The notes under the pieces are model-generated. The model ran no database searches. It worked only from the letters and a program-made list of their open reading frames with translations, and had not been told where the DNA came from. From NCBI GenBank assembly GCA_964012435.1, contig CAXGSM010000007.1:1-61795 (forward strand): a stretch of 61,795 nt of DNA. Reading direction: 5' to 3'. This document shows positions 48,488-57,749 of this stretch, in pieces (positions within the stretch are counted from its first letter, which is position 1; every line of letters starts with the position of its first letter). This DNA is from an uncultured bacterium. GTDB taxonomy: Bacteria > UBP7 > UBA6624. A program made the position numbers and the translations under genes.

Positions 48488-49192
48488 ATGGTTGAAAATA
48501 AAACGGTATTAATCACTGGTGCAGCAAAAAGAATTGGTGCAGAAATTGCAAAATTTCTTAAATCTGAAGGAATGAATGTCATTATTCATTACAACAGCAG
48601 CAAACAGGAAGCCATATCCTTAAGGGATGCACATGGCATCAAGATTGCATATTGTGATTTTAAAAATACTGATTCGATTAGAGATTTTTTTCAACTGTGT
48701 GAACGCAAGTTTGGATCAATAGATATTGTTATACATAATGCTAGTTATTTTCAAAATGGTAATCTTAAAAACACCAATATAAATGAATGGGAAAATCATA
48801 TAAATGTAAATTTAACAGCCCCCTTTATTTTGAATCAATTGCTATTAGAGAGCATGCAGGAAACAGAAAAACTACTCATAGGTCTTATTGACAGAAGGGC
48901 TTTAAAGCCGGGCAAACAACACTTAGCTTATACGGTAAGTGAAGCAGGGTTAGTATCAATGTTTGATGTTATTTCTAATTCAGGTATTGGCATGAGAACA
49001 GGTTTAGTCGTATTAGGCCCCATTCTTCCACCCTCGTCAGGTACGATTCAAGATTTTAAAGATCAAATCTCAAAGGCGCCTGGTAATAGAGCCGGAACTT
49101 TTGATGAAATCAACAATGCGATTATGAATGTTATCAAATCAAAACAGGACAAGCAAAGATTCAATGTTGCTTGTAAAATATCCTGGTCATGA
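48488..49192 (+). CDS. SDR oxidoreductase, pteridine reductase (FolM/PTR1)-like
   Basis: TGAAKRIG, IHYNSS, HNAS; precedes folB-folK. Confidence 0.8.
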   Translation: MVENKTVLITGAAKRIGAEIAKFLKSEGMNVIIHYNSSKQEAISLRDAHGIKIAYCDFKNTDSIRDFFQLCERKFGSIDIVIHNASYFQNGNLKNTNINEWENHINVNLTAPFILNQLLLESMQETEKLLIGLIDRRALKPGKQHLAYTVSEAGLVSMFDVISNSGIGMRTGLVVLGPILPPSSGTIQDFKDQISKAPGNRAGTFDEINNAIMNVIKSKQDKQRFNVACKISWS

Positions 49193-49566
49193 AGAGAAGA
49201 CAGGATTCAGAGAGGGGAAAAGATAAAATTTCTGTCAGCGGTGTTTCGTTGAGAATGGTTATAGGTATAGAGGATTGGGAAAGAAAAGACAAACAAGAAA
49301 TCCTTGTTGACTATGAATTTGAGTGCGATTGTTCAGAAGCTGGCAAAACAGATGATATAAAAGATGCAGTTGATTACAAAATTGTTAATAAAAAAGTTTT
49401 AGAACTTCAAAAATTAACAGACATTAAAACTATCGAACGTTTATCACAGTTGATAACAGATGTAATATTAGAAGACCCCAAGATTTTAAGTACAACAGTT
49501 CATGTAACAAAAATGGGTGCTTTACGATGGTCAGACAGCGTGACAGTTCAGATTACAAGACCCTAA
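49189..49566 (+). CDS. folB: Dihydroneopterin aldolase/epimerase
   Basis: IGIEDWER..KQ, VDY, IERL, K.GAL. Confidence 0.85.
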   Translation: MKRRQDSERGKDKISVSGVSLRMVIGIEDWERKDKQEILVDYEFECDCSEAGKTDDIKDAVDYKIVNKKVLELQKLTDIKTIERLSQLITDVILEDPKILSTTVHVTKMGALRWSDSVTVQITRP

Positions 49567-49567
49567 A

Positions 49568-50041
49568 ATGGTAAGTTTAATTATTTTATTGGGTTCAAAC
49601 ATTGAACCTGAATACTGGTCTGAAAAAATCATTTCAATTCTAAAAGCGCATTCATCAATTGAGAAGATTGGAAAACCATGGAAAACAAAAGCCGAAGGAT
49701 CTTTTGATGCACCCGATTTTATCAACAGGGCAATAAAGATAAGCGGACAAAAGAAAATTGAAGATTGGAAAATTTTATTCAAGGAAATTGAAAAAAAATC
49801 AGGTAGACAAAAATCTAATGATCCCAATAGCCCAAGAACTTTAGATTTGGATATTGTATGGTTTGACGGAAATTGGATTGATAACCCTGGTTTAACCAGA
49901 CCTTATGGAATAATCCCGATAGCTGATGTTGCAGGCGGGCTAAAAGGTCCTGATGGATTTGATTTAAAGCAGTTGGCGGCGAAGCTTAGAAAGCATCCTT
50001 CAATTCTTGGAATTTCTAAAAATCAAGCTTCTCTGCGATAG
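49568..50041 (+). CDS. folK: 6-hydroxymethyl-7,8-dihydropterin pyrophosphokinase
   Basis: LGSNI, FIN, PRTLDLDI. Confidence 0.88.
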   Translation: MVSLIILLGSNIEPEYWSEKIISILKAHSSIEKIGKPWKTKAEGSFDAPDFINRAIKISGQKKIEDWKILFKEIEKKSGRQKSNDPNSPRTLDLDIVWFDGNWIDNPGLTRPYGIIPIADVAGGLKGPDGFDLKQLAAKLRKHPSILGISKNQASLR

Positions 50042-50292
50042 CCTTTCGATGTTTTTTTATATTTTTTCAAACCCATTCTTTTGTAGTCTTGGTTCGTGTG
50101 AGAATAATTCATCCTCCTTTCGGTCACATAATTTTTTGCCTGCCTACCGAAGACTTTAGCGACTTTGCAATTACATTTCGGACATTTCCTGATCGGCTCA
50201 TCTTTTATGGATTGAATTACTTCAAAACCATTATCACTACAATATTCACATGAATTCGAATCAGTGCTTGCGTATTTGTATAAAGGATTCAT
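50023..50292 (-). CDS. FmdB-family zinc-ribbon protein
   Basis: PLYKY, CEYC, FEVIQS, CPKC. Confidence 0.8.
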   Translation of the reverse strand: MNPLYKYASTDSNSCEYCSDNGFEVIQSIKDEPIRKCPKCNCKVAKVFGRQAKNYVTERRMNYSHTNQDYKRMGLKKYKKTSKGYRREA

Positions 50293-50299
50293 GTATTCA

Positions 50300-50309
50300 A
50301 TTCTAGGAT
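50300..50309. promoter_or_regulatory. Symmetric bidirectional -10 element (TAGAAT minus / TAGGAT plus)
   Basis: ATTCTAGGAT, exact reverse complement of the 48467 element; 7 and 8 nt from the two ATGs. Confidence 0.6.
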
Positions 50310-50317
50310 TGTTGTTG

Positions 50318-51418
50318 ATGATTAATACGTTGAATTTAGTTTTTCTTTTCGGAACACGTCCTGAGATTATTAAAATTAAACCAATTTACCAAGCGTTAAA
50401 AACAAGAACACACCACAAGGTAACACTTTTGTCGACTGGTCAGCATCAGGATCAAGCAAACGATCAATTTAAGGCTCTCGACATTAATCCTGATGTTAAT
50501 TTCAACCTTATGAAAAGCAATCAGCAATGGATTTCTTTTTTGTACAGAGCAATTCCTAAAGTCGAAAAAGAATTATTGAAATTAAAACCAGATTGTTTGT
50601 TTGTCCAGGGAGATACGATATCCACGTTAAGCGGAGCCATTGTTGCAGGTTGTCTAAAGATTCCTTTAGCATATATTGAGTCAGGTTTAAGAACACATAC
50701 TGAAAAAGAGCCGTTTCCTGAAGAAATGAATCGTGTTTTGATTAGCAAAATGGCTGATTTTAATTTTTCTCCAACTGAACAATCACGACAAAACTTGATT
50801 GAAGAAGGTGTTAAAGATGAATCAATCTTTGTTACTGGCAACACGGTTGTTGACGCCATTAAAAATGCTAAAGTTGGAAAGTGTCAAAACTACCTTGCCA
50901 ACAAGCAGGTTTTGATTACACTTCACCGACAGGATAGCGCTATTTATTTAAAAGGAATTGCGATAGAGATAGCTAAGTTTGCTCAACTGCATCCAGATCT
51001 TAATTTTGTTTTTCCCGTTCATAAAAATCCAAAGATACGTGAATTGATCATGCCAACATTAAAACCAATCAATAATATTGCCCTTATCGAACCAAGAAAT
51101 TATTTAGAAATGCTTAAGCTGATAAAAAAATCTTTGTTTGTCATATCTGATTCTGGTGGTATACAGGAGGAAGCAGCATCCCTGGGGGTTCCTGTTGCAA
51201 TTGCCAGGGATAATACTGAAAGAGTTGAGGGTTTAAGATTGGGGATGTCTATGTTGATGGGTAGGAATCAGGATGTATTTCGAAAAAATCTTTATCTTTT
51301 TTTTAAAAAGATTTTCCAAGACAGGATTTCATTTACGGAAAACCCGTATGGTGATGGATGTGCTGCTCAAAGAATAATTAATGTCATCCATGATTTTTAT
51401 GGCTTGCACAAAATTTAA
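50318..51418 (+). CDS. wecB: UDP-N-acetylglucosamine 2-epimerase (non-hydrolysing)
   Basis: GTRPE, TGQH, VQGDT, PFPEE, DSGGIQEEA, NPYGDG. Confidence 0.95.
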   Translation: MINTLNLVFLFGTRPEIIKIKPIYQALKTRTHHKVTLLSTGQHQDQANDQFKALDINPDVNFNLMKSNQQWISFLYRAIPKVEKELLKLKPDCLFVQGDTISTLSGAIVAGCLKIPLAYIESGLRTHTEKEPFPEEMNRVLISKMADFNFSPTEQSRQNLIEEGVKDESIFVTGNTVVDAIKNAKVGKCQNYLANKQVLITLHRQDSAIYLKGIAIEIAKFAQLHPDLNFVFPVHKNPKIRELIMPTLKPINNIALIEPRNYLEMLKLIKKSLFVISDSGGIQEEAASLGVPVAIARDNTERVEGLRLGMSMLMGRNQDVFRKNLYLFFKKIFQDRISFTENPYGDGCAAQRIINVIHDFYGLHKI

Positions 51419-51472
51419 CAAATCACCAAACATCAAGCAATAAATAGAGCAAATAATATTAAGATAGAAAAC

Positions 51473-52600
51473 ATGCCTGAAAAAAAAATAATTCCGCCAA
51501 TTGACCTCCAAGAACAAACAGCATCGATACGCTCAGAGGTTGACGAAGCAATAAGCAGGGTTATCGACACCGGTAATTTCATTCTTGGCGATGAAGTTGC
51601 ACTATTTGAGAAAGACTGCGCTGAGCATATAGGAGTAAAGCATGCAGTTGGTTTGAATTCCGGGACAGATGCTTTAGTCATTGCTTTACGTGCGTTAGGA
51701 ATAGGTGAAGGTGATGAGGTCATAACCACCCCTTTTACTTTTTTCGCAACAGCCGAGGCTATATGCCTTGTTGGCGCAACACCAGTTTTTGCAGATATCG
51801 AGGAGACATCTTTTAATATTGACGTATGTCAGGTTAAAAAGTTAATAAACCAACAAACAAAAGCAATAATGCCCGTTCATTTATATGGTCGCATTGCTGG
51901 ATCTCAAAATGGAAAGCCAGATATGTCTGATCTTAAAAAAGCAGCAAATGAAATCCCTATTATTGAAGATGCTTGCCAGGCTTTTGGTGCTGGTTCGCCT
52001 CGTGCAGGCGCACTTGGTGATATTGGTTGTTTTTCATTTTACCCAACCAAAAACTTATCTGCTTTTGGTGATGGTGGCTTGTTAACCACGAATGATGAAC
52101 ATATTGCAATTAAGTCAAAAATGCTTCGACAGCACGGCGAAAAATCACGTTATAACAATGAATTATTAGGCTATAACAGTAGGCTAGATGCAATTCAGGC
52201 CGCAATCTTAAGAGTGAAGTTAAAGTATATTGATAAATGGAACATGGAAAGAAGGGGTGCAGCAGAAATATATAACAATTTATTGAATGGTTGTGAACAA
52301 ATCATTACTCCCGAGATAGTTTGTGGGCATATTTTTCATCAATACACAATACGTGTTCCGGGTTTAAACAGGGATGAGTTAAAAGAAAAGATGTATGAAA
52401 AAGGCGTTATTAGTATGGTTTATTATCCAATACCTGCAAATAAATTGCCTGTTTTTGAAGACAGGTTCCCAGATTGCCCTGTATCTGAAAAATTAGCTAA
52501 CGAAGTTTTATCCCTGCCTATATGGCCTGAAATAAAACCAGAACAGCAAAAGCGTGTAGTAGAAATTTTGATTCAATCCATAAAGGAAATTTCTTCATGA
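51473..52600 (+). CDS. DegT/DnrJ/EryC1/StrS sugar aminotransferase
   Basis: NSGTDAL, PVHLYG, IEDACQA, SFYPTKNL, NSRLD. Confidence 0.94.
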   Translation: MPEKKIIPPIDLQEQTASIRSEVDEAISRVIDTGNFILGDEVALFEKDCAEHIGVKHAVGLNSGTDALVIALRALGIGEGDEVITTPFTFFATAEAICLVGATPVFADIEETSFNIDVCQVKKLINQQTKAIMPVHLYGRIAGSQNGKPDMSDLKKAANEIPIIEDACQAFGAGSPRAGALGDIGCFSFYPTKNLSAFGDGGLLTTNDEHIAIKSKMLRQHGEKSRYNNELLGYNSRLDAIQAAILRVKLKYIDKWNMERRGAAEIYNNLLNGCEQIITPEIVCGHIFHQYTIRVPGLNRDELKEKMYEKGVISMVYYPIPANKLPVFEDRFPDCPVSEKLANEVLSLPIWPEIKPEQQKRVVEILIQSIKEISS

Positions 52601-54234
52601 ATGCTTCGATAATTGCCGTTGTTTCATTCGCTTTATTAATAGCTGCATACAGGTTTTATGGAGGTTTTTTGAGAAAAAAGATTTTCCAAATAGATGACAA
52701 TAAAAAATCTCCTGCCGTGGAAAAAAATGATGGTGTCGAATATGTTCCAACTAGTAGATGGATTTTATTCGGACATCAATTTGCCAGCATTGCTGGGCTT
52801 GGTCCGATTGTAGGGCCTGCAATTGCGGTAATTTGGGGCTGGGCTCCAGCATTGCTCTGGGTCGTTCTGGGTTCAATATTTATAGGAGGGGTTCATGATT
52901 TTGGATCACTTGCTGCCAGTTTAAATTATCAAGGAAGAGGTATTGGCGATATCACAGAAGAAATTGTTGGCAAGAGAGCAAAAAATCTTTTTTTAATCAT
53001 CATTTTCTTTTTGCTTGCTTTAGCAATGGGTGTTTTTGCGATATTAATCGCAGGACTTTTTGGAAAATTTCACGAGGTGATAGTCCCGGTTTTTGGATTG
53101 ATTGGTGTTGCTATGATTTTTGGAACTGCATTGAAGAAAATGGGAGTGCCTTTGATACCCGCTTCAATCGTGGGTGTGGGTTTGAATCTCGGATTAATTT
53201 TGATCGGAATAAATCATCCTGTTGAATGGGGCACCTCAGAACAATGGATAACAATATTGTTAATTTATGCAATGTTGGCAAGTGTTTTACCTGTTTGGCT
53301 ATTGTTAACCCCAAGAGATTATTTGAACTCTTATAAGCTTTATGTTTTTTTAGGTGCAATTACATTAGGTTTATTTTTTGGAAAGCAGGATTTTCAAATG
53401 GTTGCTCCTGCGATACAGCCAGTTGTTGAAGGTGCTCCATCAATATTCCCATTTTTATTTATAACGGTAGCATGCGGTGCCATTTCAGGTTTTCACTGTT
53501 TGGTTTCAAGCGGTACAACCGTTAGGCAGTTAGAAAAAAGAACAGATAGCCAGATGCTCGGTTATGGAGCAATGCTTCTGGAAGGGGCTTTTGCTGTTTT
53601 GGTGATAATTGCTTGTACTTCTGGGGTTGGCCAGGATTTTTGGAATAAAAATTATATGGTTTGGGATTCTATTGAAGGAGGTGCACTTTCATCTTTTATT
53701 GTTGGTGGTGGCAATATGATTGCTGGTCTTGGCCTGGATGTAACATTTTCACAAACATTTGTTGCTGTTGTAACAATAGCTTTTGCTATGACGACATTAG
53801 ACAGCGCCACAAGACTTTTAAGGTATAACGTAGAGGAGATTGGCAGGTCATTTAACTTTCCCAAACTACAAAACAAGTATATAGCCGGGATTTTTGCTAT
53901 AGTTTCAATAGCATTTTTTGCATTTATGAAAATAGGCGGTAAGCCTGCCGGATTAACATTATGGTCTCTTTTTGGCACAACTAACCAGTTGCTTGGCGGT
54001 TTAGCGTTGTTGGTGATAACCGTTTGGCTTGCGAAAACAAAAAAACCAACATGGTTAACTTATTGGCCTATGATGTTTTTATTTTCAATGACTATTTGGG
54101 CTATGGTCATAAATTTGACAACTTTCTATAATGAAAATCAATGGGAACCTTTCTTTGTTGGCTTGGGTATTTTTATTCTCGCAATTTTAATAATCCAAGA
54201 ATCATTTCAGGTTTTAAAAAAGAAAGTAAATTAA
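52597..54234 (+). CDS. cstA: Carbon starvation protein A family transporter
   Basis: GHQFASIAGLGP, PRDYLN, ACGAISGFH, FGTTNQL. Confidence 0.94.
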   Translation: MNASIIAVVSFALLIAAYRFYGGFLRKKIFQIDDNKKSPAVEKNDGVEYVPTSRWILFGHQFASIAGLGPIVGPAIAVIWGWAPALLWVVLGSIFIGGVHDFGSLAASLNYQGRGIGDITEEIVGKRAKNLFLIIIFFLLALAMGVFAILIAGLFGKFHEVIVPVFGLIGVAMIFGTALKKMGVPLIPASIVGVGLNLGLILIGINHPVEWGTSEQWITILLIYAMLASVLPVWLLLTPRDYLNSYKLYVFLGAITLGLFFGKQDFQMVAPAIQPVVEGAPSIFPFLFITVACGAISGFHCLVSSGTTVRQLEKRTDSQMLGYGAMLLEGAFAVLVIIACTSGVGQDFWNKNYMVWDSIEGGALSSFIVGGGNMIAGLGLDVTFSQTFVAVVTIAFAMTTLDSATRLLRYNVEEIGRSFNFPKLQNKYIAGIFAIVSIAFFAFMKIGGKPAGLTLWSLFGTTNQLLGGLALLVITVWLAKTKKPTWLTYWPMMFLFSMTIWAMVINLTTFYNENQWEPFFVGLGIFILAILIIQESFQVLKKKVN

Positions 54235-54243
54235 AGAATGTTA

Positions 54244-54267
54244 AAAAGGGAGGTTGCCCTCCCTTTT
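54244..54267. terminator. Bidirectional intrinsic terminator
   Basis: AAAAGGGAGG-ttgc-CCTCCCTTTT between convergent genes. Confidence 0.85.
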
Positions 54268-54284
54268 AACGAAGAATCAATGTG

Positions 54285-54830
54285 TTACTCGTTTAAAGTT
54301 TCCACTTGATCAATGGTTGTACCCATCCAACCATCTACAGCATCTTGTAAATCTTGAGCCATTGTGTTCATAGGTGCCGCTTCCCTCCAAGCAGCGAATA
54401 AACCCTCTAATGCTCCATTGACATCATCTGGATTTTCTACAAGATAGGTTATGGCATCAGTTAAAGCCGCAACAGCCATTCTCAACAATGATCCGATATT
54501 TGCTTGTGCCTCTGAAGGAAAAAGATTTTCAGACATGTTTGCCGCCCAGGTGATCCTGTCTTTGCTTTGTTCAATTAACGAAGTAGAGGCCGAAACACTT
54601 TGTTCAATCGCTCCAACTACTTCAATTTGAGCATCCATCATTTGGCTTAATTTGTCACCAACATCTCCTACTGCTGTTTTGTATTCAACAAGAATACCAT
54701 CAACACGTCCAGTCATGCTGTCCGCACTCATGATGTAATTAGCTGATGCATCTAATACTCTCCACATTCCCACCGCTAAAACTATAAATAATGCAGTTTG
54801 TGCTAAAGTTTTTAATTTGTCTATAGACAT
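54285..54830 (-). CDS. Hypothetical protein, N-terminal membrane anchor plus acidic helical domain
   Basis: AGGAGG RBS, one hydrophobic segment, no recognised motif. Confidence 0.75.
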   Translation of the reverse strand: MSIDKLKTLAQTALFIVLAVGMWRVLDASANYIMSADSMTGRVDGILVEYKTAVGDVGDKLSQMMDAQIEVVGAIEQSVSASTSLIEQSKDRITWAANMSENLFPSEAQANIGSLLRMAVAALTDAITYLVENPDDVNGALEGLFAAWREAAPMNTMAQDLQDAVDGWMGTTIDQVETLNE

Positions 54831-54930
54831 AAATATTACCTCCTAATTATTCCCTAAAATCGGTTTGATAAAGGGCTGTGAATTTAAATTCACTATTACA
54901 TATACTCAAGACAAACACTGTTGGTTTCCT

Positions 54931-55006
54931 TATACATACGCTTGCGCGCATGCTCGATCGTGAATATGCGCGGAATACATGCGTCAGCGCACTGGCGAAG
55001 CGTATA
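54931..55006. other. Second alternating purine/pyrimidine CpG-rich tract
   Basis: TATACATACGC, TGCGCGCATGC, CGATCG, ATATGCGCG, ATACATGCGT, GCGTATA between divergent genes. Confidence 0.7.
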
Positions 55007-55018
55007 AAATTAATCTGT

Positions 55019-56449
55019 ATGTATAAAAAACTTTTATTATTTTTCATTTTCTCTGCATGGTTCAATTCCCTTGAGTTAAAAACACAAGAAGCATTTGAGA
55101 AAGTAGTGACAAGAATTGCTTTTGGGTCTTGTGCAAATCAAAATGCAGAACAGATTATTTGGTCTGCTGTGAATGATTGGGATCCAGATGTTTTTATGTT
55201 TCTTGGTGACAATATTTATGGGGATACTGAAAATATGGACCATCTTAAGGCTCAGTATGAAAAACTAGGACAAAAACCAGGCTATCAAACGTTAAAAGAT
55301 AATGCATTTATTGTTGCAACTTGGGACGATCATGATTACGGCGTTAACGATGGAGGGCTAGAGTACCCCAAAAAAGAAGAATCTAAAAAGGTAATGTTGG
55401 ATTTTTTTGAAGAACCCGATGGTTCAGAAAGATGGCAGCACCCAGGAATTTATCACTCATATCTTTTCGGGCCTGCAGAACAAAGGGTTCAATTGATTCT
55501 TTTAGACGTAAGAACATTTCGTACAAAGCTTTCCTCCAGTCCTAGAGATGATCGTATGTCTGAAAGATTTATGGGTTCATATACTCCAACAATAGATCAA
55601 GAATCCACAATGTTGGGTGAAGATCAGTGGGAGTGGCTTGAAAAACAGCTTCAAATTCCAGCAAAGGTTAGGTTGTTTGGCATGAGCACACAATTCTTAG
55701 CTGAATTTAATGGATGGGAAGCTTGGGCTAATATGCCATTAGAAAAAGAAAGGATGATTCAACTGATTCGAAAAACCAAAGCCGAAGGTGTAATTTTTTT
55801 AAGTGGAGATACACATTGGGCTGAATTATCCATGGTTGAGGAAGAAGGGCTCTACCCTCTTTACGACCTAACCTCCAGCGGTTTAACTAATGTCTGGTCA
55901 GGTGTTGCTCCAAATAAAAACAGAATAAAAAAACCCTTTCTTAATAAAAATTTTGGATTTGTTGAAATTGATTGGAGTTTACAAGATCCAAAGATTGGAT
56001 TAGGTGTTATTGATGTTAATGGGGAAGAAAAAATATTTCATTCTTTTGGATTGAGCAGCTTGAACAATCCCAAATACACACTTGAAAAAAAGCTTATCAG
56101 CTCGTCAATATATCGAAATATTTTTACTCCAAAATTTGAAGGCACCTGGGATTCTTCTTATGGCTTAATGAAAATTGATAAAGTGAAAGAAAAAGGAAAA
56201 ACTTATTATTTGGGTAGCTATAAGGATCCAGAAACAGGATTACAGTCAGGCACGTTCAAAGGCTTGATTACACGCATGAATGATGAAATTGTTTTAAAAG
56301 CTGAATGGAAAAATCCCTCTTCAAAGCCATCAAGCGGACAGGTTCGTTTTTCATTAAGTGGAAATCAGAATTTTATGTTTGGGGAATGGAAATTTTCAGA
56401 TGAAAAAAATTATCGTTATTCCTGGTCAGCAGAAAGGATTAAAGAATAA
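55019..56449 (+). CDS. phoD: PhoD-family alkaline phosphatase/phosphodiesterase with C-terminal extra domain
   Basis: IAFGSC, GDNIYGD, WDDHD, LDVR, LSGDTH, TSSGL; start reassigned to ATG 55019 (signal peptide). Confidence 0.88.
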   Translation: MYKKLLLFFIFSAWFNSLELKTQEAFEKVVTRIAFGSCANQNAEQIIWSAVNDWDPDVFMFLGDNIYGDTENMDHLKAQYEKLGQKPGYQTLKDNAFIVATWDDHDYGVNDGGLEYPKKEESKKVMLDFFEEPDGSERWQHPGIYHSYLFGPAEQRVQLILLDVRTFRTKLSSSPRDDRMSERFMGSYTPTIDQESTMLGEDQWEWLEKQLQIPAKVRLFGMSTQFLAEFNGWEAWANMPLEKERMIQLIRKTKAEGVIFLSGDTHWAELSMVEEEGLYPLYDLTSSGLTNVWSGVAPNKNRIKKPFLNKNFGFVEIDWSLQDPKIGLGVIDVNGEEKIFHSFGLSSLNNPKYTLEKKLISSSIYRNIFTPKFEGTWDSSYGLMKIDKVKEKGKTYYLGSYKDPETGLQSGTFKGLITRMNDEIVLKAEWKNPSSKPSSGQVRFSLSGNQNFMFGEWKFSDEKNYRYSWSAERIKE

Positions 56450-56896
56450 ATGGTTTCTAAAAAATTTATTGATGATATAAAAAAGTTTAACAGCATGTAC
56501 AAACTTGACATGCCTGCAAGCCCAAAAGTACGTGAATTAAAAATCCTTCAAGGTTTCCAGGACATTATCTCTGAAGAGGTCAAAGAAGCCGAAGATATTT
56601 TTGAAATGTACAAGGGTAAAAACAGTGATGACCTATCCAAAGAGGAGAGGCTTGAAATACTTACAGCGGTTTCTGATTGGTTGGGTGATATGGTTGTTTA
56701 TTGTTTTACTCAGGCTCAAAGTTGGGGTCTTCCAATGGAAGATGTTTTGAATGTTATTATGGACTCCAATTTTTCCAAACTGGATCAAGATGGAAATCCT
56801 ATTTATGATGATCGCGGTAAGGTTTTGAAAGGTCCTAATTACTGGAAGCCTGAACCTAAAATTAAAGAAATTCTAAAAAGAGATTTGAAGCAATAA
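56450..56896 (+). CDS. MazG-like all-alpha NTP pyrophosphohydrolase (DR2231/dUTPase-like)
   Basis: EEVKE, DWLGD, SNFSK, GKVLKGP. Confidence 0.82.
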   Translation: MVSKKFIDDIKKFNSMYKLDMPASPKVRELKILQGFQDIISEEVKEAEDIFEMYKGKNSDDLSKEERLEILTAVSDWLGDMVVYCFTQAQSWGLPMEDVLNVIMDSNFSKLDQDGNPIYDDRGKVLKGPNYWKPEPKIKEILKRDLKQ

Positions 56897-56900
56897 GTAT

Positions 56901-57749
56901 TTGAGTAAAGATTTTTTTTCAATAGTTTTAGGGACCGTGCAAGATGGCGGTTACCCTCATATAGGTTCCTCTAACCCAGAACAAAAAGAATATTTTCAAG
57001 AATCCAAGATCAAAGAAAAAATAACATCCTTAGGGATTGTTGACAAGATTGAGAATAAAAGTTTTTTAATAGATGCAACTCCACACCTTCCATACCAGTT
57101 GAATCAACTTTCAGAACATTCTAGCAATCCTCTGTCTGGAATACTTGTTACACATGTTCATTGGGGACATATAGGAGGCTTGGGGTGGTTGAGCAGGGAG
57201 GGTTTGAATCATGGGCGTTTTAAAATTTTTTCAAGTTATGAAAATATTTCAATAATTAGAAAATATTGTGATATTTTTGAATTTAAAAAAAATATTTCTT
57301 TTGAAAAGGTAAAAGAAGGCAATATTTTTAATTTGACTGAAAACATTACAGCTACTGCTGTAAAGGTTCCCCACAGGGCAAAAGGTGATACTTTTGGTTA
57401 TGTCCTATCAGGAAATCGGAAAATTGGATATTTTCCTGATTGTGACAATATCACAAGCTGGAAAGATGATTTTCTGAACATACTGCAAGAAGTAGATGTT
57501 TTTTATTTGGACGGTACATTTTGGAACAAGGCAGAACTACCTAATAGAAAAATTGAATCAGTGCCCCATCCATCTATTGAAGATGTGATTGAGGATTTAA
57601 AGGATTTAAATCAGGGTTTAAAAAGTAAATTAAAATTTACACACCTGAATCAAACAAATCCATTATTGAATAAATCCAGTATTGAATTTAAAAAACTAAG
57701 AGAGAATCATTTTAATCTTGCAGAGGATGGAGAGGTGGTACCCTTGTGA
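56901..57749 (+). CDS. Metallo-beta-lactamase fold hydrolase (PqqB/PhnP-like)
   Basis: LGTVQDGGYPH, IDATP, THVHWGH, VPHR, DGTF, THLN. Confidence 0.85.
   Translation: MSKDFFSIVLGTVQDGGYPHIGSSNPEQKEYFQESKIKEKITSLGIVDKIENKSFLIDATPHLPYQLNQLSEHSSNPLSGILVTHVHWGHIGGLGWLSREGLNHGRFKIFSSYENISIIRKYCDIFEFKKNISFEKVKEGNIFNLTENITATAVKVPHRAKGDTFGYVLSGNRKIGYFPDCDNITSWKDDFLNILQEVDVFYLDGTFWNKAELPNRKIESVPHPSIEDVIEDLKDLNQGLKSKLKFTHLNQTNPLLNKSSIEFKKLRENHFNLAEDGEVVPL

Noticed and set aside
56901..57749. PQQ biosynthesis
   Set aside because: Only a PqqB-like fold; no pqqA/C/D/E nearby.
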